A stretch of 64,000 bases of DNA from Malacoraja senta (lineage: Eukaryota): assembly GCA_038087875.1 (NCBI GenBank), contig CM075983.1:25978001-26042000 (forward strand), given 5' to 3'. A program made the position numbers and the translations under genes. Under the pieces are notes generated by a model that saw only the letters and a program-made list of their open reading frames with translations, was not told the origin of the DNA and did not search any database. Every line of letters starts with the position of its first letter. Position 1 is the first letter of the stretch. Of the stretch, positions 1 to 12,143 are shown in pieces.

Positions 1-467
1 AAACCTATATATACACCCATGTATTATATCGCCAGACAACTTCAGAATCTCAAACAAGCTAGGCTTTTGATCTGCTATTATTTTTTAAGATTCAAACATA
101 CTCACCCGACTAAGCTGAAGTTCACTTTCAATAGCATTGTGCAGCCGAACAATTCCCACATACTCTTTGCCTACAATTAACAGCAAAAGAGTTGTCAGGA
201 GAGGCCACGTCAGTTACTGTATCTCAAATTAAGAGTTTGAGAAACTCAAGGTCATTTATAAGACCCCTTCCCTTTATCGCACACCCCAAACCCACTTAGG
301 CAGAGATGACTGGACACACAAAGATTCCACAATTGCACCCAAAGCCAACACAATGCAGTTTATCAAAACTACAAAACTTTAGTATTAGGTTGGAACTTCA
401 ATTAGTATTAGTTGTTCACATTACAGAAGCAAATATGAGAAATCAGTAATCCGTAAAACAAACATTA

Positions 468-704
<237 letters not shown>

Positions 705-950
705 TCACCGGTATCTACCTGTTTTTTCAATAGTTAATTAATGACAGCACCCATTTAAATAGTGCCTTTGATATACAAGGTTTGAAAGTCAGAAGGGCAC
801 TGGTGACAAATAATGTGGCTCAGTTAAGTGTTTCGTTAGAGAGAAAAAATTGTTTTGCCAATACGGAGGACAAGAAAATTCAAGTTATATATGGCAGCAA
901 CCCAAGGAATGAGTCAAGAAATGTGGGACATCGAAACAATGCTGTCAATG

Positions 951-1150
951 NNNNNNNNNNNNNNNNNNNNNNNNNNNNNNNNNNNNNNNNNNNNNNNNNN
1001 NNNNNNNNNNNNNNNNNNNNNNNNNNNNNNNNNNNNNNNNNNNNNNNNNNNNNNNNNNNNNNNNNNNNNNNNNNNNNNNNNNNNNNNNNNNNNNNNNNNN
1101 NNNNNNNNNNNNNNNNNNNNNNNNNNNNNNNNNNNNNNNNNNNNNNNNNN
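951..1150. other. Assembly gap (200 N)
   Basis: Run of exactly 200 N; a round size suggests a scaffolding placeholder, so contiguity across it is not assured. Confidence 0.98.
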
Positions 1151-1510
1151 CCAAATACTCTATCAAAAATCTACAAGTATATGGTGGAGAGCACATTGAT
1201 TGGTGCATCATGGCCTGATTTGGAAATTTGAACAATTGAGAATGAAGGTCTGCAGAAAAGTACTGGACATTGCCTTGGTTCATCATAGACACTGACTGTC
1301 CCACCATCAAAGGGATTTACATGAAGTGATGCCTCAAGAAGGCAGCTAATAACATCAGTCCCACGGCACCTTGGCCTCGCTCCCTTCTCACTGATGCCAG
1401 AAAGAAGGCAAATGAGCCTGATAGCTATTGCTCCAGGTTTAAGAACAGCTTCTTCCTATCGATCATCAAGTTCTTGAACCACCCTGCATAACCCTAACCA
1501 CAACCCTACC
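1151..1510 (+). mobile_element. Degenerate 3' fragment of a Rex1/Babar-like LINE
   Basis: Resembles the RT C-terminal/3' region at 19635-20158 and the 3' part of the element at 36401-38608 (gagagcacattgat...ggtttaagaacagcttcttcc). Boundaries approximate. Confidence 0.55.
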
Positions 1511-1557
1511 TGAACTACCTTAATCCTGCCAAACCATAATGGACTTTGAAGTGGACA

Positions 1558-1653
1558 GAGTCTGAAGAAGGGATCTGACCCGAAACATCACCTATTCCTT
1601 TTCTCCAGAGATGCTGCCTGACCCATTGAGTTACTCACAGCATTTTGTCTCTA
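1558..1653 (+). mobile_element. Penelope-like terminal repeat (pLTR) fragment with degenerate hammerhead motif
   Basis: CTGAAGA-AGGG..CCC-GAAACATC followed by agatgctgcctgacccattgagttactc, homologous to 8561-8655. Confidence 0.75.
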
Positions 1654-2734
1654 TGTTAACTATGGACTTTGCTCTAATATGGTTGGTCTGCATACTTTGG
1701 TTTTTGCACTATCGTGGTCTAGTTTGTTTAGAATAACTGCTAACTTATTGTACATTCATTGATGTTATGAACACCTTGAGATTGCAAATCCTCTAATTTG
1801 TCAGATTTAACACGCAACAAAACAGGTTGCACATAATCAGCAATGTGACAGTTACACAGGAGGTGTGGAACATAATTCCTCATCCTCAGAAAAAAGCAAC
1901 GTTGGTTGCTAAATTGTAGAATTAACTGGAGAGTAAGTTCTTGAATATTAATCCTTATGGGGTAATTTCCTCGCTGTTCTCCATCTGATTGGAAAAAGCA
2001 CATTAAAAAATATTTTTCACGATGTATTGGAACACCGATTTGATTCATTTGATTTTGACTAAAATGTTGAAGCAACAACTTATATTTATACAGGATCTTC
2101 AATGACAACCAATACTAAATTCCTTCACTACTAACCTCACGAAGGTAACCAATGATCTAGCTGACAAACAACATGGAAAGACAATGAGGCAAGAGGTTGG
2201 GAGGTGGGGAGTAGAGGGTAATAAGCTTGGTTCATGGACGGAAGGAGATTTCAGACAGTACAAATAGATGAAGAAAATGAAATCCTGATCAATCAATATA
2301 CTGTAATTGGAAGCAATTGAAACTGCAAATTCCTAAATATCTCTGGAACAATTTCTTCTGCAACTTGCAATGCTTCCACTTGCATTGAACCAACATCACT
2401 ACACAGGCTGAAGGCTTCGACGTAGCCCTTTTGAAGTCTGTTAAGTGATAATGAACACAACTGTTCTGATGGGACAATTTTGTGTCACAGACCAGCAAGA
2501 GAAAGCTTTCCATGTTTGCGATGTCTTCACGAACTTTTATACGTAAAGTCATAAATGATGAGATTTCTACTCTTTCCCTATCATAAGGCAGGCCTTGTGC
2601 TGCTGAGTAAAAATGCAACTGAAAAAAACCCAGCCACATGTTGATGATGTGTAATAGCCAGACTCTGAGACTTAAAGGCCAGCACATGGCTTTGGTCACG
2701 TAGTGGTAGAGTCGCCAGGCTAGTAATGCAGAAG

Positions 2735-2908
2735 TGTTTAAGAGGGAACTGCAGATGCTGGAAAATCGAAGGTAGGCAAAAGTGCTGGAGAAACTCAGCG
2801 GGTGGCAGCAGCATCTATGGAGCTAAGGAAATAGACAACGTTTCCCATTTCCTTTGCTCCATAGATGCTGCTGCACCTGCTGAGTTTCTCCAGCACTTTT
2901 GTCTACCT
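2735..2908. mobile_element. Fold-back Penelope-terminus insertion with 14-bp TSD
   Basis: Inverted arms 2769-2832 and 2847-2909 homologous to 8592-8655; TAGTAATGCAGAAG duplicated at 2721-2734 and 2909-2922. Confidence 0.9.
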
Positions 2909-3439
2909 TAGTAATGCAGAAGGCTGGGCTCAAATTACACGATGGTAGCTGAAGGTTTGAATTCTGCTAAGAAGCAATTAACTTTAAACAAAACTATTAG
3001 ATTGTTTTAAAAACACACTCAATTCACTAATGTTGATATGAAATACACACTGCCGAAAAAATAAATAAAAATAAAAAGTCTGGAAACATTTAGCAGATCA
3101 GGCAGTTCCTGTCGAAAAGATTTTTGACCAGCTGAGTGTACTATCTGGATCATATACTGGCCATTTTTATTGAAAGGCCAGACACAGTAACATATGTGGC
3201 ACCGAACCAGCCTGGCAAGCCAATTAGTTATGAGGCAACAGAGGGATTGTCTAATGACTAAGATCGCCCATAAACTAAAATATAAACAGAATAAAGGAGA
3301 GTAATCTGAATATTTTGTCAGCATTTTCTGTGTGTATAAAATATTTTCAATTGTTGATATCAGAAGCAAATGCCTGGTCTGACTCCTGAGTGTTATTAGT
3401 ATGGTCTATTGAGTCTTTCCTTCTTGTTTTCTTTTGCAG

Positions 3440-3651
3440 TAATGAGTTGAGGAAGTAGGCGTATGCTTGAAACCACTGATCAGAAAGCATGTCATAGAAA
3501 TTAAATCAGGAGCTCAAACGCATGAACAAAAGAGCAAAGCAAAACCTACGTAGTCCTCTCAATGGAAATTCCACTGACAGAGGAATAAAGGTGTCTCTCA
3601 GTGAACCAGCAGCATTTTCAGTGAGACAGAGGCAGAAACAACTCACAGCAG
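3440..3651 (+). other. Candidate upstream (5'UTR) exon of the GPR34-like gene
   Basis: Strong donor CAG|GTAAGA at 3651/3652 and a pyrimidine tract plus CAG at 3421-3439. The GPCR ATG is directly preceded by an acceptor, so an upstream exon is expected, but linking the two is inference. Confidence 0.3.
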
Positions 3652-6018
3652 GTAAGAGTCTATGAAATATAACTCCGGCCTTCACTCACAGTCCAGTTGC
3701 TTCTTAATTCTTTATGATTATTGAGTAGCTGCCCAGGGTGAGAGATTTAAAGTGAAGTACACAGAACCGCTGACAAACTCCACCCTTCATTGAGTTTTAT
3801 CATGTGAAACTTTTGTAGTGAAATCGCCAGAAATTTGGGAGAGTTTGAAGAGTTTGGTTGTTCGACATCATGGTTAAGGGGGGGGGGGGGGTCATTTGTT
3901 GTGTTTTTATTGTTTATTATAAACAGTAATGTTAGTGTGAACTAATGTACTGCAATTGTGCATGCGATGGTATTCAGATGGTGAGAGATCAAAGGTATAG
4001 ACAGCAAATGTGCAGAATGTGGCAGGCAGAGGCAGACTGTGTGTATGTAAGACTGCGAAGTTACTGCGTGCGTTAGCAGTGAGTGAGTGTAATTACTGCG
4101 TTTAGTTTGCAATTTTATGTAATGTATTGTTGTCATATAAAAGATAATCAGCAGAGGATGCGTGAGTACTTACTGTTGGTGGTATAGTTTTAAATTTACT
4201 CTTTTACTTCACTTAGGTAATGTTAAGCATCTTAAGTATCGTTGCAGCTAGTGGGGGATATCTCATTGCACTGTAGATTTTCAGCTTGTAGGTGGTCAGA
4301 AGGCTTTGAGAGATCAGACAGTGAGTCACTCACCACAGAATATCCATAACCTTTTGCAGGGACAGTAATTGCGTGGTTGTCCAGAAACATTTCTGAGTAG
4401 TGACCACCTCAGAAAATTGATGATGGGGAATTTAACAATAGTTAAGCTATTGAGTGCCAAAGGAGAATGGTTAGACACTCTCTAATCTATAACTGAATAA
4501 TTATTTTGTTTAGCGTAGTTTCTTAGTTTATTGTCACATATACCGAAGTACAGTGCAAAGCTTTTGCTTTGTGCTATCCAGTCAGCTGGATAGACTGGGA
4601 AAGACTGTTTTGCTTCTTGTGTGAATAGAATAGTATTATCTGATAGATTGGATAGCATGCAAAACAAATCTTTTCATTGTACCTTGGTACATGTGACAAT
4701 AATAAACCTAACCTAAGCCAATTACAAGGACCACCCATACCCGTGTATTCTCACTTATAATCTCTATCATTGGGGAAAAGATAACAAAAAACATGAAAGC
4801 ACATTAAACCAGTCCAGCTTCTTCCCCGCTGTCATCAAACTCTTGAATGGACCTCTCCCTAATGACATCAGGGATGAATTTGTTGATATTCCAATCTACC
4901 TCATAATGGCCCTTGCACTTTTTTTTATCTGCACTTTCTCTGTAGCTGTAATACTATATTTTGCACTGTTTATTTTCCTCTTTTGCAGTACCTGATATAC
5001 TCATGTGTATTTATGGTTTGCCTGGATCGCACACAAAACAACGTTTTTCACTGTTTCTTGGTGCACGTGATAATAATAATCAATACCAATAGATTACTGC
5101 CCTAATGTATTAAATGTCTGCATTTAATAGTATAATCCACAGTATTTTGTCCAACATACACCAACTTCCGAGCTGCACTCTTGAATTTCATTTCCCTTCC
5201 AGTTACATATTACCTGCAAGTTTACACTGTTTCTGAATCTGTATTTTTAATATTAATATAAATAAGAAATCTGTTGGAGTCCCATAAACAAACACTTATG
5301 CACGACATATAAAACTGCCTGAATCCTCCTCATCTCATAAAATCCCTCAAAAAAGCAACCATTGCAATTAATCTATAATTCAATCACCTTTCCCTACTCA
5401 AAATTTAGACTGAACTTTAACCTTAGCCATTCACAATTCGTGTCATATGCTGCATGGAATTTGAGTTAAACCACCTGTACAATTTTCCATTTGAGTTGTC
5501 ACAGCATCAAATTTTGAGTAAGTTCAACAGATGTGATTTTCCATTTTTAAAGGTATTTTTCCCATCTATAAAACGGACAATAAATAGATTCAATGATGAT
5601 AATAATACAATTCAATTTCACATAATGGCAATATGAGCTCTGAGTTTTATAATTTAATTCTCCTGTTTCTTGTTGGTAACATATTTTTAGTGCTTCCCAC
5701 AGCCTAACAGCTCACGTTTTGATGCATTAAACTGAACATTCATTGAGGCCATTTACTGCTGCAATATTATATATAGTACAAGGACCTGACTGTCATTAAG
5801 TTTACCGGATTGAACAAAGGCTTTGAAGTCACTGCAACGCCCCCCAGCCCCCCAGCCCCCCAGCCCCCGACTCCACTGCCCACGGACCCCGACCATCGGG
5901 TCCGCCAATCCTCGCCACTGCACCTCCCTCCAGCAGCCCGCAGCCGTCGCCTCACCTGCAGACTGGTCTCTGTACTGGGCCTGAAGCCTCCACGCTGCTC
6001 ACTCCCACTCTCCTGGGT

Positions 6019-8446
6019 TTGACTCCACTGGGTCGTAGTGCTAGTCTGCCTATTCCTGGTTACCTCAGTGGCAGTTCCACTGATTCTTCCCCATCCCTCT
6101 CCAACTATGGGACCACTTCTCTTACACACCCACACCACAGCCCTCTCACCCCCCCACCCCCTGAACACCCACCACCCCCCCACCACACATCGCCTCGTCC
6201 CCATTCCACACACCTGCCTACCTCCGGCCCCAACCCCCATCCCTGCCGGGTGTTCACAATTCCCCCCGACCTCCCCCTCTCCGACATCGAACGGTCTGTC
6301 CTCAGCAGAGGTCTTACCTTTGTCCCCCTCCGTCCCCACCTCAATGAGTTCCGTGCCCTCCATGACTTGGAACGCTTCTACCGTCGCCTCCGCCTCACAG
6401 CTCACTTCCATGGGAAGGAGTCCTCGCTCCCCACTGATGACCCCTTTTCCCGTCTCCAACGCACCCCCTCCTCATGGAACCCCCCTCGTAGCCTTCCGGC
6501 TTTAGAACTCTTCATTCAAAACTGCCGCTGTGACATCAACCGCCTCAACTTCTCCACTCCCCTGTCTCACTCCAATCTCTCCCCCCCTGAACGCACTGCC
6601 ATCGACTCACTCCGCAACAACCTAGATTGGGTTATCAAACCCGCCGACAAGGGAGGTGCCATGGTAGTCTGGCGCGTCGATCTCTACAAAGCTGAGGCCA
6701 CGCGCCAACTCTCGGACACCTCCTCCTACTTACCCCTGGACCATGACCCCACTGACGAGCACCAGGCCACCATCTCCAGCACCATCACCAACTTCATCCA
6801 CTCCCACGCCCTGCCCGACCGAGCCTCCAACCTCATCGTTCCCCAGCCCCGCACAGCCCGCTTTTACCTTCTCCCTAAAATCCACAAACCTGACTGTCCC
6901 GGTAGACCCATTGTCTCTGCCTGTTCGTGCCCCACCGAACTCATCTCCACCTACCTCGACTCCATCCTATCCCCCTTGGTTAAATCCCTCCCCACCTATG
7001 TTCAAGACACCTCAGACACTCTCCGTCGTCTCCGCGCATTCCACTCTCTAGGCCCTCACCCCCTCATCTTCACCATGGACGTCCAGTCATTGTACACCTC
7101 CATCCCCCACCAGGATGGTCTCGAAGCCCTCCGTTTTTTCCTCGACCGTAGAAGCAACCTATACCCAGCCACTGACACCCTCCTCCGCCTAGCGGAGCTG
7201 GTCCTTACACTTAATAACTTTTCATTTGACTCCTCCCATTTCCTCCAAATACAAGGCGTAGCTATGGGCACACGCATGGGCCCCAGCTACGCCTGCCTCT
7301 TTGTCGGGTACGTAGAACAATCCTTGTTCAATGCGTACCAGGGCCCCATCCCCGACGTCTACCACCGCTACATCGATGATTGTTTTGGTGCCACATCCTG
7401 CACCCACACACAACTGACTGACTTCATCCGCTTCACCACCAACTTCCATCCGGCACTCAAATACACCTGGACCATTTCCGACACTTCCCTACCATTCCTT
7501 GACCTCACTATCTCCATCGAAGGTGATAGACTCCTTACCGACATCCACTACAAACCCACCGACTCCCATGGCTATCTGGACTACACTTCTTCCCACCCTG
7601 CTTCCTGTAAGGACTCCATCCCCCACTCCCAATTCCTCCATCTACGCCGCATCTGCTCCCAGGATGAGCCGTTCCACACCAGGGCATCTGAAATGTCCTC
7701 ATTCTTCAGGGAACGGGGGTTCCCCTCCTCCACCATAGATGAGGCTCGCACCAGGGTCTCTGCCATACCCCGCAACACTGCTCTCTCTCCCCATCCCCCC
7801 ACTCACAACAAGGGCAGAGTCCCCCTAGTCCTCACCTTTCACCCCACCAGCCATCACATACAACAAGTAATCCTCCGTCAGTTTCGCCACCTCCAACGTG
7901 ACCCCACCACTCGCCACATCTTCCCATCTCCCCCCATGTCTGCCTTCCGCAAAGACCGCTCCCTCCGTAACTCCCTTGTCAATTCTTCCCTTCCCTCCCA
8001 TACCACCCCCTCCCCTGGTACTTTGCAACCTCTTGCAACCTTGCAACCGCAAGAGATGCAACACTTGTCCCTTCACCTCCCCCCTCGACTCCATTCAAGG
8101 ACCCAAGCAGTCGTTCCAGGTGCGACAGAGGTTCACCTGCATCTCCTCCAACCTCATCTATTGCATCTGCTGCTCTAGATGCCAGCTGATCTACATCGGT
8201 GAGACCAAGCGGAGGCTTGGCGATCGTTTCGCCGAACACCTCCGGTCGGTCCGCAATAACCAACTTGACCTCCCGGTGGCTCAGCACTTCAACTCCCCCT
8301 CCCATTCCGTATCTGACCTCTCTGTCCTGGGTCTCCTCCATGGCCACAGCGAGCAACACCGTAAATTGGAGGAAATGCACCTCATATTCCGCTTGGGCAG
8401 TCTACATCCTGCGGGCTTGAACATTGAATTCTTCCAATTCTGCTAG
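6019..8446 (+). pseudogene. Penelope RT-GIY-YIG polyprotein, frameshifted near 8023-8048
   Basis: ORF 6019..8178 (RT) and ORF 7898..8446 (endonuclease) are in different frames; the switch coincides with three copies of TTGCAACC. Confidence 0.9.
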
Positions 8447-8560
8447 CCCTTGCTGCCCCCTCCCTTTCATCAGCCCTTTGGTTGTCTCCTCCCCTCCCCC
8501 AGCCCTCAGGCTCCTCCTCCGCCTTTTTCCTTTTTTCCTTTCTTCTCCCCACCCCCTATC

Positions 8561-8596
8561 AGTCTGAAGATGGGTTTCGGCCCGAAACGTTGCCTA
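8561..8596 (+). ncRNA. Minimal type I hammerhead-ribozyme-like motif in the Penelope pLTR
   Basis: CUGAAGA (8564-8570), stem II GGGU-UUCG-GCCC (8572-8583), GAAA (8584-8587), palindromic ACGU and a GUU triplet ending at 8591. Stem I is weak in this copy. Confidence 0.6.
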
Positions 8597-9365
8597 TTTC
8601 CTTCGCTCCATAGATGCTGCTGCACCCGCTGAGTTTCTCCAGCATTTTTGTGTACCAAAGGCTTTGAAGTGTTCAGTGGCCACCACAAGCCTATTAACCA
8701 CAATTACTCAACTGAACAGCAGGCCAATGGGGAAACAGGGTGTGGGAAAAGTCTTCAAAATTTCACTAGGTGTGAAGAACTGATTTCTTCATGACAGAAC
8801 TTGTTAGGGTTTGGGATGGAAATGAGGATGTGGGTACTAGTTTGAGCCAGAGAGCTAATTTAGGGGCAACTTATTTGACTCTGGATATACTTGTTATATC
8901 CACAAATACAACTAATACCCTAAATATTGGAAACATTGAGTTCCTGATTGCCTAGTTAACTAGCTTTAGACAATTTTCCATTCATTTGCTTGCATTCTGA
9001 AATGAAAATGCTCAACGATTAAGCCATTTTGTGTCCCTTTTCATTGTACCTGTACCTCACCATGTTGCGTATACACGAATCAACTCAATGTTTAACTTTA
9101 AACTTAACTTTAAAATATATTTTAATATCTGAAAAATGTCAATAATTGCTGCAAGAGTTTAAAAAAGACAATATTCCACAAATGAAGAATTACCCAAAAT
9201 AGATTACAAACAATTACTCGGATAAGATAAGAAGTGTTCAGTCTAAAATGTCTTGCTCCTGGATTGAAAAAAATGGGCCTGCTTCAATTAAGCTAACTTT
9301 TAACGTAATGGGATATTTTTGCTTACAAATCGAATCTTATGTTTTCTTTTCTCCCCATGTTTTAG

Positions 9366-10418
9366 ATGACCACCATGACTAACATGTCTTTGTTGGTGGT
9401 ATACCATGACAACATCAACCACCCCACAATGAGCTCCAGTGCATCAGTCAAGGAATCGGACTGTATAATTGAAGATGGCTTCCTTTCAATCATGTTGCCC
9501 ATTTTCTACACTATTACCTGTGTGATTGGGCTACTGAGCAACCTATTGGCTTTGTGGGTGTTTTACTTCAACCAGAAGAAGGCAACGTCAATCTCTACAT
9601 ACATGAAGCACTTGGCCCTGGCTGACCTCCTCTTGTTGCTCTGCCTTCCTTTCAGGATCTCCTACCACATCGGACAGTATGATTGGCTGGCTAAGTTCTA
9701 CTTCTGCAAGATCATTGGGGCTTTCTTCTACATCAACATGTATGTCAGCATTGCATTCCTAGTGCTGATCAGCTTGGACCGCTATTTAAAGATCACCAGG
9801 CCTCTCCGCAAGTTCAGGATCCACAACATAAAATGGAGTTCGTGTATCTCCATGGGTGTGTGGGTCTTCACAATTCTGCTCATGCTACCCTTTATTGTGC
9901 TGAGCATCTTGGAATCAAAAGAGTCAAAATGCTTCCACTACAAGGAGCAATCTGCAACAGGCGGTTCAATGAACCTGGTCGCAGTCATTTTTATTTTCAT
10001 ACTCTCGTTGCTTTTCCTAGTATCCTACGCCAAGATTGCTGTCAAGCTTTACAGAATCTCCATGGGGAAAAAAAGGGAGCAGATCAGGAAAGTGAGGACC
10101 AGAGCCATTTTGAAGACTTTTATCGTTCTTGCGATCTACATTGTGTGCTTCATGCCGTATCACATTGTCCGAATCCCGTACGTTCTGTCACAGATGGGCA
10201 TAATCTCCAGCTGCCAATCAAAGCATATCCTGCATGTAGCCAACGAACTGGTGCTGTGTCTCTCTGCCCTCAACAGCTGCCTTGATCCAATCATCTATTT
10301 CTTCCTCTCCAATTCTTTTCGGCGGACTATAATTTATACCGTTCATGGAAAGTTCAACAAGACTTTTCCCAAAACCAACGGGACGATGAACAGTTTTAAA
10401 TCCATCACAGAGATCTGA
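9366..10418 (+). CDS. gpr34l: GPR34-like class A GPCR (P2Y12-like group), 350 aa, single coding exon
   Basis: Seven hydrophobic segments; FYINMYVSI, SLDRY, ECL2 CFHY, TM6 CFMPYHIVR, TM7 ANE...NSCLDPIIY match the GPR34 family; acceptor tttag immediately before the ATG. Exact paralogue (GPR34 vs GPR34-like) needs phylogeny. Confidence 0.85.
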   Translation: MTTMTNMSLLVVYHDNINHPTMSSSASVKESDCIIEDGFLSIMLPIFYTITCVIGLLSNLLALWVFYFNQKKATSISTYMKHLALADLLLLLCLPFRISYHIGQYDWLAKFYFCKIIGAFFYINMYVSIAFLVLISLDRYLKITRPLRKFRIHNIKWSSCISMGVWVFTILLMLPFIVLSILESKESKCFHYKEQSATGGSMNLVAVIFIFILSLLFLVSYAKIAVKLYRISMGKKREQIRKVRTRAILKTFIVLAIYIVCFMPYHIVRIPYVLSQMGIISSCQSKHILHVANELVLCLSALNSCLDPIIYFFLSNSFRRTIIYTVHGKFNKTFPKTNGTMNSFKSITEI

Positions 10419-11604
10419 GAGTCAGAGCTGCAAACACCCGAGTAGATGATACAGAAGCGGAAAGTGTGGTCTTCAGGGTAGCATAGTCACAGGAGTCTTC
10501 TTGCTCGAGGGTGGTGTATCAGGAAAGGCTTGGCATCGTTACTTTCCTGCGGATTTAAGCAGCCTTACCAGGAGGAGAACAAATAGCCACATGGATTCAT
10601 CCTGTAACCAGACTGGCAAATACATAGGATGCTTGATTTAAAAACATGATCACAATAAGGAAAATCCAGTTACTGTGGGACGAGTGCAGCAACAGTTATG
10701 TGGAGTCTGATGAATGCTGGAACTCATGGAAATAGAAATATCAATGCAGGAAACCTTTGATGTAATCATACATGTATTTCCACTGTGGCTTTATTACAAC
10801 AGAAACTTAGAGTGTTTTTGCAAAGGTGAAAGACCTACATTATATCCAATTTACGGCCCTGGTAAAAGGGCACGAGGAATACTCACCGATCATTTCACAT
10901 GCTTATAACATGGCATAGTTTTAAAGTGCAATAAGGTAAATTCCAGCTTGCGTAGCCTCCAGGTCAGTTGTGGCAAACCTTCAGCTTTCAACCTATCCTT
11001 CCCAAGCTATGTGGACACCAGGACGTGTGGACTATCTGGAGAGAAGCAGAAGAAACTTCGCAAAGTTTTTCACTCGCCTCCCAGAGCACAAGTTTTATGG
11101 AAAAGCAAATTCCACGGGGACATTTCATAAAGAGAATAAATATTGTTTTAATGAGAAATATCTGCACTAAAAACACCTTTTGTCCTGCTGGATGAAATAG
11201 AAATGAACCACAGGGCACAGAAAAATAGGCTGTGAATTCATTTTCTAGTGCAATAAGCAACATAAAGTCAAAATGGAGTAGTCAATACATGAACTGACTA
11301 AATATCTTGTGGCTTAAAGAGCCACCTTATACAGTCTTATTTTATAAATAATTGTCTTTAAATGGAGTTAAACTTAAACCATTAAAGTTATTAAACTGTA
11401 AATAAATGCAATATGCAAATGAAAATTGTATATAAAAATCCACAAATTATGCTCAGTTATATCAAATTTTAGTCAAAAAGTAATTTTGTACAATTTAGCT
11501 TTACTCAAATGAAAGATTTTATTTTTACAATTAATTTTGGTTTTGAATTATTAAACAGAATTATTTGCAGAGACTGGGTGATAGTGTTGCTGTCTCCTAC
11601 ATTT

Positions 11605-12143
11605 GCTGGATCTCTCCTTTGCTAACCATTTTAACTCCCCTTCCCACATTGACCTTCTATCCTTGGCTAAAATGAAATCACGTGCAGCACCTCATGTTCT
11701 GCTTGGGAGCTTGCACCCAATGGTATGAACATTTAATTCTCCAGTTTCAAGTAATACTCTTACCTCCCCTCTGTTGCACTGCACCCCACACCCTCCTTCC
11801 TCTCCTACCACCCCTGTCACCCTCCTCCTTTCCCCCCTCTGTAGGCTCATCTCCCATTCCCGAGTCCCCATTCCCACCTATCCTCCCCCTCACCCCCTTC
11901 TGTCTGCTTTTCACTAATAGCCTTTGTCACTTACTCCACCCATCTGCCAGTCATTCCCCACCTTCAACTGTATCCACCCATCCACCCACTTGCCAGACTT
12001 TGCTCCACCCTCAACTCTTTCCAGTTTTCTTCCTGCTACTCCATCAGCCTGAAGAAGGGTCCCAATCCAAAACATAGTCTGTCCATTTCCCTCCACAGAT
12101 GCTGCCTGACCTGCTGAGTTCCACCAGCACTTTGTTTTTTGCT
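11605..12143 (+). mobile_element. Older Penelope-like 3' fragment (endonuclease end + pLTR)
   Basis: cacctcatgttctgcttgggagcttgcaccc resembles 8378-8410; decayed CTGAAGAAGGG motif at about 12049 and agatgctgcctgacctgctgagtt. Confidence 0.7.

Larger units (their letters stand above)
5830..8655 (+). mobile_element. Penelope-like retroelement (Neptune-type), 5'-truncated, RT + GIY-YIG endonuclease, one frameshift
   Basis: RT motifs KPADKGG, YLLPKIHK, GRPIVS, MDVQSLYT, GVAMG, YIDD, LPFLD; Cys linker CNRKRCNTC; GIY-YIG as LIY...YIGET; 15-bp TSD CAAAGGCTTTGAAGT at 5815-5829 and 8656-8670. Confidence 0.95.

Noticed and set aside
782-1310. Three ORFs over 100 aa in the ORF track
   Set aside because: They exist only because they read through the 200-N gap.
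5767-8380. Several antisense and alternate-frame ORFs over the Penelope element
   Set aside because: By-products of the strongly C-rich strand; no recognisable domains.
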